Below the pieces are notes generated by a model. That model was given only the letters and a program-made list of their open reading frames with translations. It did not search any database and was not told the origin of the DNA. A stretch of 55,904 nucleotides of DNA, filler included, from Trypethelium eluteriae (Eukaryota): assembly GCA_051942245.1 (NCBI GenBank). It is 2 parts of 2 records of this genome, joined end to end, with 100 filler letters (N's around TTAATTAATTAA, not from the genome) between each part and the next. Parts side by side here need not be neighbours in the genome. Positions count along the whole stretch, not along the records: positions 28,012 to 55,904 come from JAVECL010000321.1; 1 more part is not named here. One strand, written 5' to 3'. The translations under genes were made by a program, and so were the position numbers. This document shows, one piece after another, positions 48,947 to 55,904 of this stretch (position 1 is the stretch's first letter; each line of letters starts with the position of its first letter).

Positions 48947-49720
48947 GCGTGGAGTCTTATATTTCCTTCTCTGGTCCCAATTTGATGGATGCAGTCAGTG
49001 GCTTTTCTGCTTTGGGCTGTAATCATAAGATATCCTCCAGTCGGAGTGGACGAGTTACGCTTATTCAATCGTGACTGATTCGTTTCCGCGCCGTCAAGTG
49101 TGGCATTTTGATTCACCAATCTCGGTCAAAAGAAAATCCCCTACTTCCTACCAATTCTTTTCAGTGCTGTGAGAGAGCGCATTATTTCTAATCACTAAGC
49201 AGGCAACAATTACACCAGCCACCATCAAACTCGGTTGGGACGCAACTTGAACTGTGATTAGGTTAGTGTGCTGGCTGTGGTACCTTTTATCGTCTAGCTA
49301 CACTATTGCACTACTGTGCCTTGGTAGCTCCCTGCGCTTCCCGAAGCGTATCGGCTAATTATTGCCAGATTAAAGGTGAGGCGAAAATGTCCAGTCAATC
49401 AAACGGAAGTGTGGAAGATCTCAGTCATTGCATTGGTCCTCCATCACTAATGGCCTACGATTCTACCTATTTCACAAATATTGTCTCTGCTCGTCACGAA
49501 AATCAAGCATCACACATCTTTCAATAATTTCTACTCAACATAAAGATAATAAAAGGCATCGAAAGCTTTGATATTATCTCGAGTACAAATTTCAACTCCG
49601 TCTCTGACACTTACTGCAGACGTAAGCATTATTTACAACAACGTCAACCGATTTACTTAAGCCAGACAGTCCATCCATCTCTCGATCCCTCGACTTTACA
49701 TTGTGCTCAAAGGGCTGGCT

Positions 49721-50941
49721 ATGAAGCTCTGTACAGTTGTGAAAAGGCTTACAGAAGCTTCGATAGATTCGTTCCACCCCTCTGACGATCAACTCGAATC
49801 GCAATCCGAAGCATACGAACATACTTCAAAGCCTTTCAGCTTCATAGGGCTGCCTGTGGAACTTCGTCTCGCGGTCTATGAGGAGCTTCTGGACGGTGCG
49901 GTAGTCGCGATTGGGCGTAGCGACAAATTCGCGCCTGCAAAGACTCATGCGGTCTGGTCCCTGGCTTTGACATGCAAGAAGATCCGCTCCGAGCTGGTTG
50001 AAGTGATGATCAAGTTGGAAAAGTTTCGCTTTATTTATCCCTTGCGGCTTCTCAACCGGCAGAACCCCGAAGTGAGCGATGTCGACTTTGTCCTGCAATT
50101 CCTCAGGGATGCTGCTCCAGATCTACAGAACAAAATTCTCTCAAGTCTCAATATTAGGATTGGCTACAATCTTATGCGCTCCTTTGGTAACACTCTCATG
50201 ATCCATGTAGGGCTCGGTCGCGAAATATCGCTATTACATCAAAACCTCACAGAGATTCGCCTGGAACTTCCTGCATGCCCGCTTATTCGCCCAACTCGTA
50301 GCATGGTCAGAGCTTACCCACTCACGCCTGTTCCTCCATTCCCTTTGGTGGGAATTGGCAGTTTATCAAGAGAACCCTCCGCTGTTCACTGGCCGGGTGA
50401 AGGAGAGCGAGGTATCGATTTGAATCTTCGAGCCGATCGTACCACTACTCAGATGATGACTCTTCTAGATTGCCACAGCGAGCTTGATTTCTACGAAAAG
50501 CAAGCCCGACACATTCATGTTGATGATGGAGTAGAATTGGTCGAGTCACTGAACTTGTCCTTGCCCAGCGGAAGCCTCTGGAAATTACAGCCTCAATCTT
50601 GCAGCCTAGAAGTGGGTTTTGTCAATTGCAGGCCTGGGTATTTTATGTGGGTTTCAAGGAGCTTCTTCAATCTCAAGCTCCAGCGCTCTACGTCCGATTC
50701 CAAACGCGCTGATTTAGACTTTCTAAACCCTGGCATGTTTCCGAAGAGTCGGGAGCGGAATGATGTCGACAACTTGATGCGGCTCTACTCAGACGGTATT
50801 GTTGATCGAACCGAGCATCCGGCCAAAGTGACTAAGCCTTATTGCCAGCATCCCAGTGAACCATGCTATCCCAGAGCATGTAAGAAAGATGGGGTTTATG
50901 TCGTGTCCCGACTCGAGGCCTACGATGGCTTTATGGGATAA
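49721..50941 (+). CDS. Hypothetical protein with an F-box-like N-terminal motif (5' end uncertain)
   Basis: Open frame of more than 400 codons with FSFIGLPVELRLAVYEELL...LALTCKKIRSE. A possible upstream exon from ATG 49387 (donor GTAAGC at 49622) would contain a TAA at 49525-49527. Confidence 0.55.
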   Translation: MKLCTVVKRLTEASIDSFHPSDDQLESQSEAYEHTSKPFSFIGLPVELRLAVYEELLDGAVVAIGRSDKFAPAKTHAVWSLALTCKKIRSELVEVMIKLEKFRFIYPLRLLNRQNPEVSDVDFVLQFLRDAAPDLQNKILSSLNIRIGYNLMRSFGNTLMIHVGLGREISLLHQNLTEIRLELPACPLIRPTRSMVRAYPLTPVPPFPLVGIGSLSREPSAVHWPGEGERGIDLNLRADRTTTQMMTLLDCHSELDFYEKQARHIHVDDGVELVESLNLSLPSGSLWKLQPQSCSLEVGFVNCRPGYFMWVSRSFFNLKLQRSTSDSKRADLDFLNPGMFPKSRERNDVDNLMRLYSDGIVDRTEHPAKVTKPYCQHPSEPCYPRACKKDGVYVVSRLEAYDGFMG

Positions 50942-51077
50942 AAATTTTAAAGATGCTTGTGTCTCTTCCTTCAGAATGCTACGGTCCACTTAGATAACTA
51001 TCAAAAATTTCATGTGGGATACTGCTCATTAGAGAAACAATTTCCTTAGCCGGCCGTTCAAATCGTGAAGCTAACTC

Positions 51078-52799
51078 TTACTGAATTTCCGTTAGATTAG
51101 CGAAAAGTTTTCGGAAGTAATCCAAATCCCAGTACCCTATCCCGGGAAACTTCATGTCCGCGATGGTCCGACAACCCGGATTCCAGTGATCTTCATCCGT
51201 CCCGTACGGGTACATTGATACAAACCACACTTGGCCTACAGGGCACTGTCGAATCTTCTTCCATTCCATCCAGGCAAGCTCCTCCATCATACTCCGGAGC
51301 ACATTCTGGCTAGATGTAATGGCTTTAGCTATCTTATCCTTATCCCCGTTCTTCGAGTCGAAATCGCTAGCAGTTGCTGCGTTATGGATCAAGTCGAAGA
51401 GGAATGAATGTATATGCAATAGGTTTTGGCATACATGACGCGTAACGGCGCTAACAGCGGTGTGAATGAGGCTATCCTCCGGGCTCCAGTCGGCTTGAAC
51501 CAAGAGTGCAGGCATGAGGTAGTGTTTGGTGCATCGGCTGACTGCCTCAGCGGTTCGTTTCTCTCGAGGACACCAAGCTCCCGGGATTAAGAGTGGTGAG
51601 CTGATGTCGGGCTGAGCGCATTGGCTGACTGATCCGGCGATTCAATTGTTCTCATCCTCAACCGCCATATCCTGGAAAAGTGTTGGCGCATCGAAGTATG
51701 TTAGCGTGAACTTTTCCAGCTCATTGATGAAGTTCTCCGATGATAACTTATCCGACGCCATCAAAGTCAATCTGTCTGCAAAACGAGAGACTATCATATC
51801 CACAACAGCTTGCCAATTGACTGTGAACCTCTTTGGTCGAGATCGGGACAAGATGTCGCCAAGATAGCTCTTAATATCTATCAGCTCGTCCAGGCTTGCC
51901 GCCGCGAGCCGAATAAGGTGAGGTCGGTCAGGGTCAGTGCTGGAGATATTGATCGGGAAGAAGAAACCCGAGATCATTCCCGAGAAGTCAATTCGAAGCC
52001 GGTCAGCTTGAAGGCCATCAAATTGATGTCTGATGGCCCGTGCTAGTTGATATAACTGCAACTCGTCAGAACCCGCCTGGTTTTCGAGAAGGAAGGAGCG
52101 GGTCATGGAGACGAGATCCATGCCATGCTCGAGATTGCAATGAACAACTTCGAAACCGATCTCCATGCGCACGAAGCCGTCAAGCCCCCATTCGGCCACC
52201 AGGCTACAGATGCTCTTTGCACGTCCGTCCTCGTCCATATAGACATCCCAGGACCCTGTCTTGTTCTCACGGAGAATGAGATCCTGAGAGTCAAGAGTAC
52301 CCTTTGTGGATTTGGCAGCCCCCATGGCGTCGATGTAGAGTAGATTGAGATCGCGGTTCGTACGATACGTGTGGAAGAAGCCTCTACTATTCTACTCAAC
52401 ACAATCTTCCATCTCACTTCCAGTTCTTGGCTCCTGCGCGGCAGGTACAGCCGGACGTAATCCAGTATGAAAACGATGGCATTCTGCATGACTCCATTTC
52501 CGCGACATAGCGAAGGTCTCAGCGTGCTCGATCTCGAAGGCGAGCCAGGTTGGACCCGCAGGAGGATGATCTAGTCGGGACCCGTGGTACATCAACGTGC
52601 CCTTTGGCATCACCGCTGGGAAAAAACCGAAACCATTGTGATTTAAAGAAGAGCCCCAGACCCGACCAGCAGAATGAATGGCATTGAAGATGTGGAAGGC
52701 ATTGTTTCTTGCACTCTCGTGACTAGGCTCGATAGCCTTTCCGGCGCATATTTGGATGATGACAATGTAAAAGCCGAGGAGCCGCAGGACCGGACTTAT
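51078..52799 (-). pseudogene. Conserved fungal, probably secreted, uncharacterised protein (~574 codons), disrupted
   Basis: One reading frame throughout: signal-like LRLLGFYIVIIQICAG, NAFHIFNAIHS..WGSSLNHNG, GTLMYHG, WLAFEIEHA, GTLDSQD and DGFVRMEIGFE. In-frame TAG at 52392-52394 and TGA at 51642-51644. ATA at 52797-52799 sits where the ATG is expected. Confidence 0.78.
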
Positions 52800-53808
52800 G
52801 GCAAATACCTAGTGATTCAGTCGCGTCAAAAAAGGGTTTCCGACATCCCCAGTTCGCGCCAAGGTACAGGCGTCAAGGCTGACATTGGAGATGGAGCTCA
52901 GCCGAAGGACGTCGATAGCATCCTAACCAAAAATACCTCTATATAATGGTTATTCGTGCTGCCATCGGCTTAGCAGCGTCATAGTTCGCGATTTTTGCGA
53001 GAGACGAGGTGTAGCGGCATGTCTTTCGCATCCTACGGAACTAAGCCGTGATACTCTAAAGCGGGATTGACCGGTGTGGTGGGTGGGGCGCGCTTGCCAG
53101 GCGGCATAGCATCAAGTCGTAAACAGATACGAAAATCGACTGGATTCAGGAATTACTCGGTCGGAGGAACATTAGCAGCGTCTAGTGAAGAAGCTTAGAT
53201 AATAATCGTTGTGCAGATCTCTTTGCACGAAATAGTCTAGGCACCAGAAATGCAGTCTAGCGACAGACATTACGATACTACATGATGCTCCAGAGCTAAG
53301 AGGTTCCAGCACATTTATCGTCTCAGAGAACATCTGGAGATTCTCTGTCCTAAGACCGGTCCATCGTTTAGTATGGTGCCTTTTGGACATCATGATACTT
53401 CTACTGAGACCCACATACAGCTGTCTGTCTAAACACTACTGCCTGCCATCGACTGAAAGGAAACGAGGATTCGATGACATGAACATTGGAGTGATTGTGG
53501 GCCGAGGTATGAGATTCGTGGTAAAATTCGCTGTGTGCATTGCTCCTCGTGTGGAAGCGTGGATTTTATCATGGTGATGATTATCCTTTAGAGTATCGTG
53601 GGGAAGCCGTAAGGAACCGAGGATAGGCCGGACCCCCTGATGCTTTTCTTCTGTGGGATTTCGTCACTGGCGATCGCCTGCATGATCCCGCACAAACGCT
53701 TCATCCTGCTCCAGTGCTCCTTCACCACCTTTCCTGTTCTCTCTACATTCGCGACCCCGAACACTTCTCATACCCTCCCCTTCCTCCTACTGCAAGGAAA
53801 ATCGCGTG

Positions 53809-54124
53809 GTGAGTATTCTTCAATTATGTCTCTGCCCAATTTTGCCTTCACCGCCTCTACAAAGTGGTTGAATCATAGCCGCCGTTGTCTGGCCAGCCAG
53901 CGTCGTATTGTTGGCAAGCGTGACGAAACGGCGGCATTGACACCTCCAAGAGCCCAAATTCCCTACAAGAGCTCTTCGCACCTTAGTGAAAGCTTCTTAC
54001 AGCTCCTTCATATTTTCATAAGCTTTTTGTACCTCACTGCCACCTGCAAATGTCTACGCCTTCTGCCTAATCTTTTACCTTGAACGCAGAGAACGTAGAT
54101 TGTCTTGTGTACTCAACTAACTAG
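53809..54124 (+). other. Probable 5'-UTR intron of POM33
   Basis: GTGAGT donor at 53809. ACTAAC branch immediately before the TAG at 54122-54124, 46 nt upstream of the ATG. A pyrimidine-rich leader lies upstream. Confidence 0.55.
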
Positions 54125-54170
54125 GTGCTCTACAGCTTCCACCATTTAACGGCCTTCAACACAGCTGAAA

Positions 54171-55147
54171 ATGGCGCCTCCTCCACCTACGAATAAGCCT
54201 TTGGGCGAGCGGTTCATGGCAATTGCTCAAACGCTGCAATTTGCATGGTTTTGCGGTCACCTTACTCTCCTCCTCTGCGTTTCGCGTTACGGAATATCCT
54301 ATTTCTTCATGCGATACTACAGTCGATGGGCCCAATTCAGTTACCGCACCGCTTTCGTAGCAGCCGCTGCGACCTATGGAATCGTCGTTTACAAGGCTTA
54401 CCGAGCACGCATGAGAAGCGGCAAGGCCCAGGGAGGTACTGCGGCCGCGATACAGTTAGCATCAGATGAAAACGTCCAATACCTGGGTGAGGCACCCTCT
54501 CTCATGGAGCAATTCAGCACATGTTACCGCCACAGCGAATTGACTTTGCGATCCTTGCTTTTCACAAACTCTCTGAACGTTCTGCGACTAACATTAGACC
54601 CCTAGTCATGGCAATCATTTGGCTATTCTCGCGCCAAATCGGCCTCGCTGTCCTTCCATTCGCTGTATATTCCGTCTTCCATGTCCTAACTTACAGTCGC
54701 TCGAATCTTATCCCCGTCTTCCAACCACCACCTCAGCCTACCTCTCCTTCCCAGAAGCCTCCCCAAACCGCTCTTTCAGAATCCATCGGCAAATTCGTCA
54801 AGGGATACTACGACACGAGCATGACCCTCGTCGCTGTCCTCGAAATCGCACTCTTCTTTCGTATTCTTGGCTCTGTCATCATCCTCCAGAAAGGCGCCTT
54901 CATCCTCCTGATCATCTACTCCGTCTTCCTGCGAGCCCGCTACGCTCAAAGTAGCTTCGTGCAGCAGGTTGTTGCACAGGCGGGCAGCAGAATCGACGTC
55001 TATGCTGCCGATCAACGAACGCCACCTGTCGTGCGCCAGGTGTGGGAGCAGGTCAAGGGTTTGCTTCAAAGAGGAGTCGAAATGACAGATTTGAGAAGGT
55101 ACGCGCAGGGTCCACAGCAGTCGAGCGGACCCAAGAAGGCTCAGTAA
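54171..55147 (+). CDS. POM33: Pom33/TMEM33 family ER/nuclear-pore membrane protein (~285 aa)
   Basis: Exons 54171-54486 and 54606-55147. Motifs AQTLQFAWFCGH, TYGIVVYK, DENVQYL, LPFAVYSVFHVLTY and FLRARY. Confidence 0.9.
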
Positions 55148-55695
55148 ACGTTTGGTCGTGCACACAGCCTTTGCAAAATGCAATACCTAACGAATGGAGA
55201 GAAAATACCCCAGAAGAGACCTAGCGAGGCTTGGGCGACAAGGCGTAAAGATGAGAATGGTAACGGCGGCGAGTCAGTGGGTGTCTTGAAAGCATCCGAG
55301 CAAATTGCAGGGTGGGAAATGGTAGTTTTTAGTATGACAGGAGAGTGATGGAACAAAGTCTATTTGCTTGCTATTTCGTACAGGGTGGGCAGGTCAAGCT
55401 CTCTTCATTCTGCTATTTCTCTTCTGGAGTGTGATGATCAAAATCAAAATACAAAGATCTCTTTAACTTTTCATTGTTCCTCGAGACTCTTTGAGCCGCA
55501 TATCGACAGACAAATCTGCCTCAAGATCATAGCGTCTCCACAATCTAACAATACCATAGACTTCTATCTTGCAAGTGCGCTGATTATGCAATCTGCTACA
55601 ACCGTAGCTTGTTGTATCCCTAAACGCCACGCTATGCAAACTGCTTTCCAATTTCACAACAAAATGGTCATGTTGAAACAAATCCCCAGATTTTC

Positions 55696-55904
55696 TCACC
55701 CCATCTCCTCATTCCCTCCAAACGCCGCCTCCTGCGCCCTCCTCCTCTCCTCCTCCTCCGACGCATCAATCGCCTCCTCCACACTATTCAAAAAGTGCCT
55801 CTCCCCTCCAACACAAGCCACAATGCCCGAACTCCGAAACAACTCCCACACCTCCCCCTCCGCCTTAAACGTCCGCCTCCGGCCCGCATCTACCTCCCAA
55901 CTAC
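55696..55904 (-). CDS. Probable SLC26/SulP sulfate transporter, end of STAS domain (5'-partial)
   Basis: Not in the ORF track. The minus frame reads ...GEVWELFRSSGIVACVGGERHFLNSVEEAIDASE...G*, with the stop at 55696-55698. This resembles the tail of fungal STAS domains. Confidence 0.65.
   Translation of the reverse strand, partial: SWEVDAGRRRTFKAEGEVWELFRSSGIVACVGGERHFLNSVEEAIDASEEEERRRAQEAAFGGNEEMG

Noticed and set aside
1..55904. tRNA/rRNA genes, CRISPR arrays, intact transposons, amyloid (HET-s/RHIM-like) signalling motifs
   Set aside because: None seen by eye: no transposase, reverse transcriptase, LTR/TIR pair or regular repeat-spacer array, and no clear amyloid motif in the kinase pair.

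Overview
Eukaryotic, intron-containing DNA from a filamentous ascomycete (Pezizomycotina; the finer lineage cannot be fixed from sequence alone). An artificial N-gap with a six-frame-stop linker (27912-28011) splits the window into two parts that need not be adjacent in vivo. The left part holds intact housekeeping genes: the PAN3 3' end, a Q-rich conserved gene set in long non-coding flanks, a C2H2 zinc-finger gene, an Est1/SMG7-like gene, ADO1, RAV1, RAT1/XRN2 and USO1 (truncated by the gap). The right part is accessory-like. It begins with three consecutive disrupted genes: a large Gly-rich protein, a HeLo-like+pseudokinase (MLKL-like architecture), and a head-to-head kinase+ankyrin gene. 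Then come two hypothetical genes (one with a CxxC...CAE motif), an HSL-type esterase, an NAD(P)-binding reductase, an F-box-like ORF, a disrupted secreted protein with ART-like motifs, POM33 and the 3' end of a sulfate transporter. Main leads: (1) a decayed candidate cell-death/non-self module; (2) a 30-nt in-frame candidate cassette exon inside RAT1 intron 1, next to a conserved active-site Asp; (3) recurring GC-rich islands whose C/G skew flips at the centre regardless of gene strand. Splice models were read by eye. No database searches were run.
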